A stretch of DNA of 64,000 nucleotides from Azolla caroliniana (Eukaryota > Plantae > Polypodiophyta): contig JBHGNT010000001.1 of NCBI GenBank assembly GCA_043228905.1, positions 2,914,001-2,978,000 on the forward strand. The letters run 5' to 3'. The translations under genes and the position numbers were made by a program. Below the pieces are notes generated by a model. It was not told the DNA's origin and did not search any database. It saw only the letters and a program-made list of their open reading frames with translations. This document shows positions 1 through 11,250 of the stretch, piece by piece. Each line of letters begins with the position of its first letter. The first letter of the stretch is position 1.

Positions 1-41
1 TCGTAAGCGAAAGGTCGCGAGTTCAATCCTCGCTGGGAGCT
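1..41 (+). tRNA. tRNA-Thr(CGU), 3' half (5' part lies upstream of the window)
   Basis: Anticodon loop tCGTaa, then GCGAAAGGTC, a T-arm GCGAG-TTCAATC-CTCGC and acceptor strand TGGGAGC-T. This matches the plant Thr-CGT consensus. A T-run at ~57-60 could act as the Pol III terminator. Confidence 0.9.
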
Positions 42-1212
42 ATGTAAAGTGGTGTCTTTTGTTCTTTCCTTTATGTGAATGAACTCTTTTATATGCTTTA
101 AAACAGTCACTCATATAGATAGATAGAGTTGGTGCTCATTTAACAAAATATTTTATTTTTCCGGCTACTTCCATTCTAATATTTTGTAATTAGAGAATGT
201 TAGGAAATTTGCTACACGTACATATCTATTTCAATGGATATGCAACCTAGCCTCACTTAAGACAAGACACTCAATCATCATAAGAAATATGAACCAAAAT
301 GAGATGGCGATGTCAGGCGCAATGCTAGTTTTCTAAAGACCATTGTAAGTGCAATTTTTTATGTCTATCATCGAGACATAAACAAACTTTCAAGTTGATA
401 TATAACAACATGTTTGTTTGAAAAGGCGTCACAAGTGTCAATGATGTGATGCGTGTTAATATTGCAACATACTGATTTGTTAGAAGGACTGATGTTTACC
501 TTAGATCTTGAAGCATACAACATATTGTAAAGGAAGCAAAGGTTTCAATCATTTGTTCATGAAGTTACTTCTCTTTAAGTTCTAGTTGCTTATGAGTTTT
601 TGTGCACCACAAAATCTGCATCTTGCAACATTATTTCATTGAGTGCCTATCTCAAGGGCCGCATATATATATCAAATAATACCTTGAGCAACGAAAATTG
701 GCCAAGATAATATTGTAGATGTTATGCTTTTGCAAAACAATCAAATTTTATTGATGTGCAATGTATGTTTTTTCTCTTGTTTAAGCATTAAAACCTCAAA
801 AATCAAATTGGTAATACACAATATTCAAGTCATTCATCTAAGGAAGAACTGACATGCGTGTTAAGGGTTGTTGGCCAAACGAGCTAATTTTACTTGCCCA
901 TGTTCTCTAGAACCTCAGTCATTAAGTTGTACTAGACATATAATTAGTGAACTTTTCATGTTATTGTAGCATATCATTAAACATTCTTAGATTAGTTTAT
1001 GAGTATATAAAAATTTTGATCCTCTGGCTTCTCAGCCTTATTTTGAGCATCACAAATTGACAGCTGCTGCCATTCATGGAATTCCATCCTAGAAGATATA
1101 ATATCCAAAGAACTCAATTTATGTTGTGATGAAGTTAGTCTTACTAATGATGATATGAATTCTTGGTGTTATTGCCTTTCAATAGGAAAAAATAAATTCT
1201 TCATATTCATTG

Positions 1213-4200
1213 TCATGCTGCATCTAAATGTTCATATTCATCTATCAACACACAATGTACAAGTTGTCTTTGAGCTTGTTTTCCAATTCTCATTACCTCA
1301 ACTAGCTTAGCCTCAGCCTCCATTCGAGCATCCATATAGATGTTAGACATACATACATAAGGGGCTGAGTCCTTCTCATCCAAGCTTATTGCATGTTCAA
1401 ATGCTTGCCTACCCAGTTTCACATTGCCCCAGTTCCTACAAGCCCCTAAGATGACCAACCAGATCACAAAGGTAGGATGGATTGGCATTTTCTGAACTAT
1501 TGTCAAAGCTTCTTCGATGAGTCCCGATCGTGCCAATGTATCAATTAGACATGCAAATTGTTCAAGCGTTGGTGTAAAATCATGACTTTTGTCAATAGTT
1601 TTGAAACATATCATTGCAACATCCACTAAACCTGCATGACTACATGCATTGAGAATGCTGACGAATGTGATACAATCTGGAGTTACATTGTCCAATCTCA
1701 TTCTCTCAAGCATATCAAACACATCGTCATTCTGCCCGAGTTGTGCATAACCAGCAATAACTGTTGTCCATGACACAATATCTCTAACCTGAAGTTTGCC
1801 AAAGACATTTTCTGCTTCTGGAAGCATACCACACTTGGCATACATGTCAATTAATGTGTTTCCAACCAAAAGCTCATTTTCCAATCCTTGTTTAGCAATA
1901 TCAATATGCATTTCTTGTCCCTTAGCAATAACTTCAATACTATTACAAGCTTTCAAGATGCAGACTAATGCTACTGGACCTAAATATATGCACTGACATT
2001 GCAATTTTTTGACGCAATATAGTACCTCCTCACTGTTCTCATGTGCCGCATATCCTATCAATAGGGCTGTCCATGAGACAACATCCTGAACTAGAAGCTC
2101 ATCAAACACTTGTTGTGCTTCTTTCAGTGAGCCACATTTAGAATACATATCAATTAGGGTGTTTCCAATGTGATTTTCTCTTTCAAGACCTCTTTTTGTA
2201 ATATCAACATGTATTTCATGGCCACTGTCTATGGCCCTTACACTGCCACAAGCTCTCAAGCTGCAAATAAAAGTGACGAGAACAGGAAAAACACCCTCAT
2301 CCTGCATTTTTTTTAAACAATCTAAGGCCTCACTGGCATATCCTTCTTCAACATATGCTTGTATCAATGCAGTCCATGAGGCTGCATCTTGATATACAAG
2401 TTTGTCAAATACATTTTGTGCCTTCATAAGATAGCCACATTTGGCATACATATCAATCAAGGTACACCCAACATAAGGAAATTCTTCGAATGTTCCTTTC
2501 ATCACAATCTCAGCATGAATATTTGATCCCTCATCTGCCATGCGCATAAGGCCACAAGCTTTCAAGGTGCATACAAATGTTACAGCACTTGGTGAAATGC
2601 CATCTTTCTGCATCTGGTGAAAACAATTGAGGGCTTGCTTTCCACATCCATGATCGACATATCCTGATATAAGGGCAGTCCATAAGGCTACAGATCTATG
2701 TGGAAATTTTTCTAAAACAGTTTGTGCCTCTATAAGCATGCTGCATTTAGTATACATATCAATCATGCTAGTGCTAATGAAAACCTCTGTTTCCAGGCCC
2801 ATCACAAGAATTTCAGAATGAATCTCCTGCCCTTTGAATCCAGCATGTAAGTTACCACAAGATTTCAACCTATAAAGATATGAAACTACATTTTGAGGAA
2901 CTCCTCTACTTCGCATAACTTCAGCATAATCCAGAGCTTCTTCATTGTATCCATGTTCTACATATCCTGCAAGTAAGGTGTTCCATAAAACTGTACTTTG
3001 AATTGGAACATTTCCAATAAGTTGTTCCACTTCAACAAGAAAGCCACATTTAGCATATACTTCAACAATGGCATTACCAATGATAAGATCAGTCTCTAAA
3101 CCTTTCATACAAATAAACGCATGTATATCCTGGGTTTCAACTGCAGCTCCAATGATGGAGCAAGCTTTTAAAGCAAAAACAAATGTACCAGAATCTCCCA
3201 GAATTCCTTTGTCTTGTAGCTGTCTGAAACACTGTAATGCCTCCATGCCACAACCGTTATCAAGATATCCTGAAATCAGTGCATTCCAAGAGACTATATC
3301 TTGAACTGGAATCTTTTGGAAGATTCCACAGGCTTCTAAAAGAAATTCGCACTTTGCATAAAAAATTATCAAACTGTTGCTAATGCAAACTTCAGTCTCT
3401 AATCCTTTCTTAGAAATTGCAATGTGCATTTCTAACCCCTTGTCTCTAGCCTGTGTAATGCCACAAGCTTTCAATATGCATAAATATGTTACTACACCTG
3501 AGTAAATCTCGTCTTTTTCCATTTGTTCAAAATAATTGAACGCATCTTCAACATAGCCATGTTCTACATATCCTGAGATTAGTGTAGTCCATGAAACTGC
3601 ATCTTTAAAAGGAAGCTTGTCAAAAGCTTTTTGTGCTTCTAGAAGCATGCTGCATTTTGCATACATGTCAACCAAACTGCTACCGACAACAAAATTTCTC
3701 TCATATGCTTTCTTCATAACTTCTGCATGTACTCCCTGACCTATCTCTATTGCACCTAAGCCGCCACATGCCTTTAAGATGCAAAGAATCGTCACATCAT
3801 CACACAGAATGCCTTCACGTTGCATTTGTAAGAAACAATGCAGGGCTTCTTCATCACATCCATTCTCAGCATATCCAGAAATTAGAACATTCCACAACAC
3901 AACATTTCGCATAGGCAACCGATCAAAAACTTCTCGTGCTTTTACAAGGGATCCACACTTTGAATACATATTTATCAAGCTACTTTCAATAAACACATTT
4001 TTATTGATGATATTTTTCCTAGCAATTTCAACGTGTATTTCTTCTCCCTTTGATACAGCTCCGATTTTGCCACATGCTTTCAAGCAACAAATAAAAGTTA
4101 CGACGTCAGGAGAGATACCCTCATGCTGCATACATGCAAAAGCATCAAGTGCTTCTATGACACACCCATTTTCCATATAAACTGAAATGATTGTATTCCA

Positions 4201-4743
4201 TAAGACTACATTTCGTATGCTGACACTGTCAAACACTTCTTGTGCTTTCACAAGGAAGCCACACTTCCCATACATATCCATGATGGCACTTGCAAGGAAA
4301 ACATTTTGTTCTAACAAATGCCTCCGAACAATCTCGGCATGTATGCGACGTCCTTGTTTTAAATCTTCCATTGCAATACATGCTTTCAATAAGGCTCCAA
4401 GAGCATACTCATTGAAGTGGTACCAATAACCGTCATACTCCTCTGATAATTTTTGATACATCAAGAGAGCATGTGATGACTTGCCACATTTAACATATTC
4501 AATGATGAGAGAATCCAATGAAATCTTGGAACATTGATATTCAAGCCTATCAAAAAATTGAGAAGGAATTCTATCAATCTCGATAAAAACTGTTACAAGC
4601 AAGTATCCCATTGACTTGTGAAAATCAAGACCACTTTTACACATGTATGCATACAATTTCAGTGCATGACAAGAACTCTTATCTTTATTACATCTTTGCA
4701 AGAGAGATGAAAGATCCTCAACCAGGGGCAATTGCAATGGCAT
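1213..4743 (-). CDS. PLS-class pentatricopeptide repeat protein with C-terminal E domains and no DYW domain (organellar RNA-editing specificity factor type)
   Basis: Intronless 1176-aa ORF with repeated P-L-S triplets (VVLWNxLISGY / TFxCxLKACG / GNTLIDMYAKCG). It ends in an E1/E2-like segment (MPIHPTFVIWLVILGACRNWGNVKLGRQAFEHAISLD...YVCMSNIY). No HSE/CxxC/DYW motifs are present. Confidence 0.95.
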   Translation of the reverse strand: MPLQLPLVEDLSSLLQRCNKDKSSCHALKLYAYMCKSGLDFHKSMGYLLVTVFIEIDRIPSQFFDRLEYQCSKISLDSLIIEYVKCGKSSHALLMYQKLSEEYDGYWYHFNEYALGALLKACIAMEDLKQGRRIHAEIVRRHLLEQNVFLASAIMDMYGKCGFLVKAQEVFDSVSIRNVVLWNTIISVYMENGCVIEALDAFACMQHEGISPDVVTFICCLKACGKIGAVSKGEEIHVEIARKNIINKNVFIESSLINMYSKCGSLVKAREVFDRLPMRNVVLWNVLISGYAENGCDEEALHCFLQMQREGILCDDVTILCILKACGGLGAIEIGQGVHAEVMKKAYERNFVVGSSLVDMYAKCSMLLEAQKAFDKLPFKDAVSWTTLISGYVEHGYVEDAFNYFEQMEKDEIYSGVVTYLCILKACGITQARDKGLEMHIAISKKGLETEVCISNSLIIFYAKCEFLLEACGIFQKIPVQDIVSWNALISGYLDNGCGMEALQCFRQLQDKGILGDSGTFVFALKACSIIGAAVETQDIHAFICMKGLETDLIIGNAIVEVYAKCGFLVEVEQLIGNVPIQSTVLWNTLLAGYVEHGYNEEALDYAEVMRSRGVPQNVVSYLYRLKSCGNLHAGFKGQEIHSEILVMGLETEVFISTSMIDMYTKCSMLIEAQTVLEKFPHRSVALWTALISGYVDHGCGKQALNCFHQMQKDGISPSAVTFVCTLKACGLMRMADEGSNIHAEIVMKGTFEEFPYVGCTLIDMYAKCGYLMKAQNVFDKLVYQDAASWTALIQAYVEEGYASEALDCLKKMQDEGVFPVLVTFICSLRACGSVRAIDSGHEIHVDITKRGLERENHIGNTLIDMYSKCGSLKEAQQVFDELLVQDVVSWTALLIGYAAHENSEEVLYCVKKLQCQCIYLGPVALVCILKACNSIEVIAKGQEMHIDIAKQGLENELLVGNTLIDMYAKCGMLPEAENVFGKLQVRDIVSWTTVIAGYAQLGQNDDVFDMLERMRLDNVTPDCITFVSILNACSHAGLVDVAMICFKTIDKSHDFTPTLEQFACLIDTLARSGLIEEALTIVQKMPIHPTFVIWLVILGACRNWGNVKLGRQAFEHAISLDEKDSAPYVCMSNIYMDARMEAEAKLVEVMRIGKQAQRQLVHCVLIDEYEHLDAA

Positions 4744-6505
4744 CTTCTTCCGTTGGAAATGATGTTAAATCTTCCTTGAGAAAGGATTTGAACGTCTCAT
4801 GATGCTTTGGGAGCCAACATACGAATCCAATGAGAAACCATACATGACAACTGTCACAGGGCATGCCCATTGTCCAATTAAACATGAGGGAACAGAAACT
4901 GAGCATGTATGTCGCTGTGACTGTGTGGCTGCATCCTTTGATTCTCGATATTCATCTCATTTCATGCATTCAGAGGAAGAGGGAAATTCTCGCGAGCCAC
5001 GAGTAAGGTTGGTTCTCTTTATTTTCTGCAAATACCCCTACGGTTCTTCTTATTTGCGGAAATGTCCTTTTGATGGATTTCAAACTACATATATCTCACA
5101 AAGTTACAAACACGTTCATTAGAGAAACTGGGAGGCTAAGGCATTCACAATTTATGACCAGAAGGTGACACCAAACCGTCAATATGGTGCGCTCAGGTGA
5201 TTCCATGTCCAACCACATCCATGCTTGTACTGTTGTACATATATTGACATGGTGCAATTTAAATATGTAGCTCATCGCTCAATCATCTTAAGGCAGCCCC
5301 CAACCAGCTAGTCAATCGAACAAAAACTCGGGCAAATCTTACCTCTGTGATTTTCTTCAATTCTCCGCTCCCTCCAAACTTTTCCTTATCTGCACCCATT
5401 TGCTCATCCCATGGTTGGCCCTGTAATTGTTGCTTTCACAAATTATATGGTCAATCCGTCTCCATGGTGTTAATTCCCAACTTCCTAAGAATGCTCTAAT
5501 TTTCTTTGATGTGTAAGTAAGATATGAACTGTTGGATATATGAGGGTATTGACTTCACATAACCCTTGCATCAGAATATTGAGGGACTTGTTACCCCATT
5601 GCTCACCATTTTCTATGATGTTGGAGTATGTGAGAGTTGTGTGAAAGGAATCGTGTTACTTCCTATAACAATTTTTTTTACAACCCATTGCATGACATTG
5701 TCCCCACCCCTTTCTACTAATTGAAGTACATAAATCAACGGTGTAGTCCAAGTCTCAATCACTAGAAAAGCATTTTCATTGTGATTTTTCTACTTAGTAC
5801 TAAACATCATTGGCAATGTGACTTATAACAGTGATTTACGTGAATACAAAAAAAGTATCCATTTCTATAATAAAACAGTATAAATTTTGTAAAGAGTTAA
5901 TCTACCATTCATATCTTGTGCCTTGGACATGTAATACCAAACGACGAATTTGTCTTTATTAGGATCATACATACTTCATGCATCCTTACTTACCAATGAA
6001 TTTAGTGTTTTCTCCTAAATTCACAACATGAGACATATAGTCTGGTGCAAAAAATTAGTGTCTTGCATTCTTTGTTATATCACATGTTATGCATACGTTC
6101 AAGTATAAATCTGCTTATGTCCATTGTACCGCCTCTCGAACGTAATCAATAGTTTGTTTCATGGCTCCCAAGCAATTCTAGCAATTAAGAAAAGAGTAGT
6201 GAGATAATGTGAAAGCAACATTAAAGTACGACACAACTAGCTACAAGAATATAGGATCGTGATACTAGTTCACTAGGACTAGGATCCCAATGCAATGAAT
6301 CAACGTATTCGTTGCTTGCAAGTATTGCCTCAAAAACAAAAGGCAACAACCCGAATACACGTAGAAGAATAGAACGCTATCTCATAGAAGGGTACCAATA
6401 CATACATTCTTCTAGCTTCCAATTGATTCCTCTAGACACCACAACATGAGGGGATGTCCGCCCCCCCCCCCTCGCGGTCCCCCCGCCCAGGTGTGAAACC
6501 GGAAC

Positions 6506-6552
6506 TGGGCTTGAAATGAAAACCCTAATTCTCCATCTCCAGTGCTTTAAAT
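6506..6552 (+). promoter_or_regulatory. Pol II promoter of the snoRNA cluster: site II (TGGGCT), telo-box (AAACCCTAA), TATA-like TTTAAA
   Basis: TGGGCT at 6506-6511, AAACCCTAA at 6520-6528 and TTTAAAT at 6546-6552, ~40 nt before the first snoRNA. This motif combination is typical of plant ribosome-biogenesis and snoRNA promoters. Confidence 0.65.
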
Positions 6553-6588
6553 TGAGAGAAAACCGCAGTCAGTGAAATCATCCTGAGA

Positions 6589-6678
6589 GAGCCGATGATG
6601 CATAACTTTGAGTAAACAAAGACAAGCATATGTCTGAGTTGTTTCAATCCTTGATGCAAATTTACCCACCTGAGGCTT
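6589..6678 (+). ncRNA. U27: Box C/D snoRNA, U27/snR74-type (guides 18S Am28)
   Basis: Terminal stem AGCC/GGCT, box C ATGATGC at 6595, D' CTGA at 6634, C'-like TTGATG and D CTGA at 6670. The guide AGACAAGCATATG (6620-6632) is the exact complement of 18S CATATGCTTGTCT, and the D'+5 rule points to A28. Confidence 0.9.
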
Positions 6679-6795
6679 CTGTATTTCTGTTTCTCTCACT
6701 CCTATTCGCCGCTTGTTTTGTCGCTTCACACGGATTTGGTGAATTCCTGTAGGCAAGCAATCTGCGTATGGATAGCACTGTGTTCACGCTTTCGT

Positions 6796-6890
6796 TTGGT
6801 CCATGATGAAGAAGGTTGATGTTTTATATTTGAGATTTGTTCTCTGATGACCTGTATACCGTTAAATTACTGCCTTCCTTCTGAGGCTAA
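6796..6890 (+). ncRNA. Box C/D snoRNA guiding the 18S site equivalent to yeast Am420 (snR52 site)
   Basis: Box C ATGATGA at 6803, internal TGATGA (C'), box D CTGA at 6881 and stem TTGGTC/GGCTAA. The guide CTGCCTTCCTT directly before box D is complementary to 18S AAGGAAGGCAG, and the +5 rule points to the A six nt 3' of the U14-guided C414. Confidence 0.8.
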
Positions 6891-6966
6891 TCTCAGTTTG
6901 TCGTCGAGGTAGCGTTTGCTCCTACCGGTGCCGGGTTGTAGGCTTTCGGACTAGCTGTTGTGGACT

Positions 6967-7070
6967 GTGGCGTTATGTGATGATGGAACAATGTGCATAG
7001 TTCATATGAGCTTTTTGCTCTGATTATCGCATAAAGAAATTAGTCTTTCGCTCCTATCTGATCTCGCCAC
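6967..7070 (+). ncRNA. U80: Box C/D snoRNA, U80/snR60-type double guide (25S Am817 and Gm908, yeast numbering)
   Basis: Perfect stem GTGGCG/CGCCAC, box C GTGATGA at 6977 and box D CTGA at 7058. The D' guide GCATAGTTCA pairs with 25S TGAACTATGC. The D guide TTAGTCTTTCGCTCCTAT pairs with 25S ATAGGGGCGAAAGACTAA with one G-U pair. Confidence 0.92.
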
Positions 7071-9986
7071 TTCGATTTAGTTTCAAATAGCGGAAAATCA
7101 GTCATGCTTTTAGCCCGCGATTGATATGTCTGTATATGTATATATATTTGTTTGTTTGTGTACGTGTTTTCCTATGTGGCGGATGGGATTTTATGCATAA
7201 TCTCTCTAAATCGTCGATGCACCATTTGAAACAAACCCGTGTGTTCCCTGACACTGTTCCCGAACATGGCGTTCAGAGCTTGGAACGAGCGGGGGGAAAA
7301 TTGAACTTCAAACAATTTCAGCACACCGGAATCGAAATATTGTCAATTGGTTACTGTTAGATTTGAGTACTGAAACATTTATTGCACTCTCGGTCTAACC
7401 GCACATCAATCATAAATGGTTTACTCTCAGTAAATTCCTAGAACCGTGTAATGGATATTGCTAACGATCGTGTAGCGTGGCAGTGTTAGTTGGCGCAAAG
7501 AGTAAATCACAGGCAAATGATTACTTGAAATTTTTGATGTCAGCTTATAAGTAAAACTGGAGATCAATTTATATGTGAGCATATGCAATAATGTCACGGA
7601 AAATTTCTGCAACGGCCCGTCATTTAGTTAATGTGGACGACTGTGTAGAAGTATCGTTGACAAATTACAGGTAGTGGCTTTTATATATAGGTCAGACACG
7701 AGAAAATCAGTGTAGAAAGCTAATTGACTGATCAGTAGTATACGATGAGCTGGTTACAATGAAGTATAATAGTCCAGCATTTTGCAAATGGTGAAGATGC
7801 GGATTCTACAACTTGGAAAATAGAGGTTAAGCGCCCTATTTTAATGGAATTTGTAAACAAAAGCCTGTTTTGTGCCTAAACAAATGTAATGGGGTCTATA
7901 GGGTCTTGTTTTGATTGTATATAATGCATTTAAAGAGAATGAATGCTTTTGCTTGTTTGTGAATTCAGCAACTTTGTTTGCTTTTACTTAAATTAATTTT
8001 GACCTGAAGAACTTATGGTGAAATCAACAGTAACGTTGGTGCTTATCAATGTGGTAAACACAGAATAATGTATTGGCTTTGAGTATTTTGGCGATATCTT
8101 CATTAGCACCCTGCTTTGTTTATGGAACGTGGAGGAAAAATCCTGTTGTCAGAGCGAGTGGAGTTTGTGTGTATTGTGATGGTCTGCAATTCTTCTGGAA
8201 AGTAAAGTGTTTACATCGTACGGGATAAGTGAATTGTGAGGACAGACTAAGATTAAAGGAATTGTAATTTAGACCCTGTCGACGATCATTGCCAGAAGCA
8301 AGCAAGCGTCTTATGTTGGCATGGTAACAAGTTTTGATGGTATTGTGATTTACTGCAATTTTTGAAGGGTGTAAAACTTTAAGATTAAATGGAGTGAGTA
8401 AAATTGTAAGAACAAGCCAAGATCAAAGAAAAGGTATGTCAGAAACTATCGATCATTGGCATTACAATCAACGTCAGAAACAAGTACCCGTGTGGATAAG
8501 GATAAGTATTGAAATCATGTCGCTGACATATCTATCTGTGTGAAGTAAGGAGAGTGAATGGTGTATGCTGTGCTTTATATTTATTCACTTGGGGATTTGG
8601 AACATGGCAAAAGTTAGAGAATGAAAAGATCACTACAGTCAGAATTGAACAGACATGCAATATTAACATCATCATTGATCACAATAATGTCAATACGAAA
8701 ATGTAGTAAATTAAGTAATGGATTAACTCAGTTCCAATACAAGTGTAGATGGGGATTGTAAGCATGCACTTTCATATCGTATTGATTGTAGACTCTAGTC
8801 TTATCTGGGAATTGTCAAATAGAAGGTGAATAGGAAAACTTGCAGGCTGTAAGCACTGTCTGGTATGTTCATCGTTAGCAAGATTATGGAATAGGTTAGT
8901 TTTATGTATTGTTCAGAAGGAGGCTAAATTTTAGTGACCTTTAATTGTCGATAGTTAGAAAATATCTACTTGCAAAATATCTATGTACATAGGGAAAGTT
9001 CTGAAAGTCCTGAAATTTCTACTTGGAATGTGTATGTACATATGGAAAATATGTGCATGTCAATACAAAGATAAATACTTTAAGCTGAAATCTGGTTAAT
9101 AGGAGATGGATATAACATAAAGAATGTTTGAAATTTTAGGTTTTTCAATTTTCTTCTGTTTCGGATGGACAAGTTCATTTTATGAGAATCTTATTTTTAT
9201 TTGTGTATTTGAATTAAATTTTCAATACGAAGTGAAACTTAGCATTTAAATTATCCTCTTCACAGCTTCCACGAAATATCTGATAGATTAGGTGACTTTT
9301 ATTTTACAATCCTCATTAAGAATAAATTTGTGTAACTGTAATGGATACTTTTTGAAAGCGCCAAACAAAAACCTAAAACTTTGTTTTGTGGGGACAGGTT
9401 TAAACAATGCTATAATGGAAATTTTGATAAAGATATAATTTGCATTTGAATTTGATTATGTAATAATCTATGGTTGGTTAGGCAATTTGATAGTTCAAAT
9501 GTTGTCCTAGGAGAGACTATAGAAATGTTGTCTAACTGACTTACGATACTGTCCTAGGTACAAACTGTGCGCATTGAGTGGCTGTATCATGGCATGATAT
9601 TATGTATGGATAGATGTTTAGGATTCCAATAGCTTTGGATATGACTTTTAATGAGTTCGGAGCCATAGGAGGTAGGGCCGATTTTCAAGCCATTTAATTG
9701 TCACCTGAATGAGACCGAATCTGACACTACATTTAACATTTCCTATGTATTATCTTTTTTTTACATCACCATCAATCAGCAGAAAAGAGCATTATGTTCT
9801 GTCATCGGGTGTGTGGTCACCCATCTAATCATATCATCTCTCGTTTCATCCTCATCAACATTTCTATTCCTCCATTCACTACTGCCTAGGATTGGCAATT
9901 TAAAATATCCCCCTGTGCAAAAGCTCCGTTTTACCCAGTATACATCCTCAATCGGTCTCTGGCCCTCAAGAACTTATAGAGAATCT

Positions 9987-11250
9987 ATGGCCCCTCATGA
10001 ATTGCAAGACATTGATATCAATCGTATTACTCCTGATGCCATTCATATGGTACACTCTGTTTGCAAATGGCCATTACTGTTTGCAATAAATAATCATTTA
10101 TATTCATTATATGGTGTTCTTTTATGCCTTGTTCGTGCTGTGAATTAAATTATCGTTTCTACTTCGTAATAAGCAGTCAAAGTAACATATCATGAAACCT
10201 TGTAATGAATTAATACATCTTGATGATGCCTTTTGGTTTCCATTTATGAACCCAACACTCATTTTAATGAGTTCTTATGTTTTGTTTCATGCATGATGAT
10301 TGCGATTTCTGAATGAACAGATGTTTTGTGACCATGATTAATTTTTGCGTAGGTTCATCGTCTTATTGAGGAATGCCTTCTTTTCGACATGGATCGAGAA
10401 GATTGTGCAGCATGTCTAGAAAGAGAGGTGAAGCTTAATCCTATCATCACAAGGATTGGTGGGTATCAATCACGTCATTCACATAACAAATTCACTTGAG
10501 ATTATATTGTTATGATCCATACCATAAATCTGTTCCATACTTATGAAGGCGACGATGCATTTGTTTAGCCAAAGCAATACTTCAGTATTTCTTCCATTTG
10601 GTGATTTGGAGACATCTTTGAGCTTGCTTCTTGACTGTTTGATTTAGGAGGATTTTTTTGGTGTAGTCAAATAAAATTGCTATGCATTATGATTGTTTAC
10701 TTGCACAAACTATAAATCTGTCATGTATTATGATAGCATGTGTGAGATTTGTTATGTATTAAAATCACATTCTTGCGTCATGATCATATACATATACCTG
10801 CGCGATCTTTGACACATAGATTCACATATTCGATGGCCAGTATACTTGCATGGTCTTGAACCCATACATTTTGTATGTGTCATTATCATATTACTTGCAT
10901 ATCTTCTTGATATAAAGTCTGTATGCATCATCAGATTCTTTAATTGCTCCTCTTCAAATTATGATTATGATCAGCACTTGTATCATGATGAGTTCCACAT
11001 AGCATTCACATGCATTATGATCAATTTAGTTTCACCCATTAGGCATAGCTACATATCTCTCTCCCTCTCGTCTGTGTAAACAAAGATGCCACAAAGTTAC
11101 ATAATCTGAACAACGTTAACTTGTTCAGTTTGGGACGAGCTACAGAAATCCAACAGCCAGTTCTTCATCGCGTATTCGTCAAAACTCTGCAAGGAGGGAC
11201 AAGGAGAAGAAGCGCAAAAGCACAGTCGAAAAGATCAGGAAAACAAGTAG
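9987..11250 (+). CDS. Small plant protein of the A_thal_3526 (PF09713/TIGR01589) family, 3 exons, 96 aa
   Basis: Exons 9987-10049, 10353-10458 and 11129-11250, joined by GT-AG introns, read MAPHELQDIDINRITPDAIHM-VHRLIEECLLFDMDREDCAACLEREVKLNPIITRIV-WDELQKSNSQFFIAYSSKLCK...ENK*. This matches the family consensus IHMVQHLIEKCL...I.PVIT.TVW.ELEKEN.EFF.AY. Confidence 0.88.

Noticed and set aside
1796-4429. Plus-strand ORFs of 66-133 aa overlapping the PPR gene
   Set aside because: They are antisense shadows of the repetitive PPR frame and have no independent motifs.
6700-6770. Hairpin between snoRNAs 1 and 2 as a possible H/ACA snoRNA
   Set aside because: A stem can be drawn, but I found no ANANNA hinge or properly placed ACA box.
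6796-6890. Calling this snoRNA U14
   Set aside because: The guide register points to A420 rather than C414, and the U14 domain A sequence is absent.
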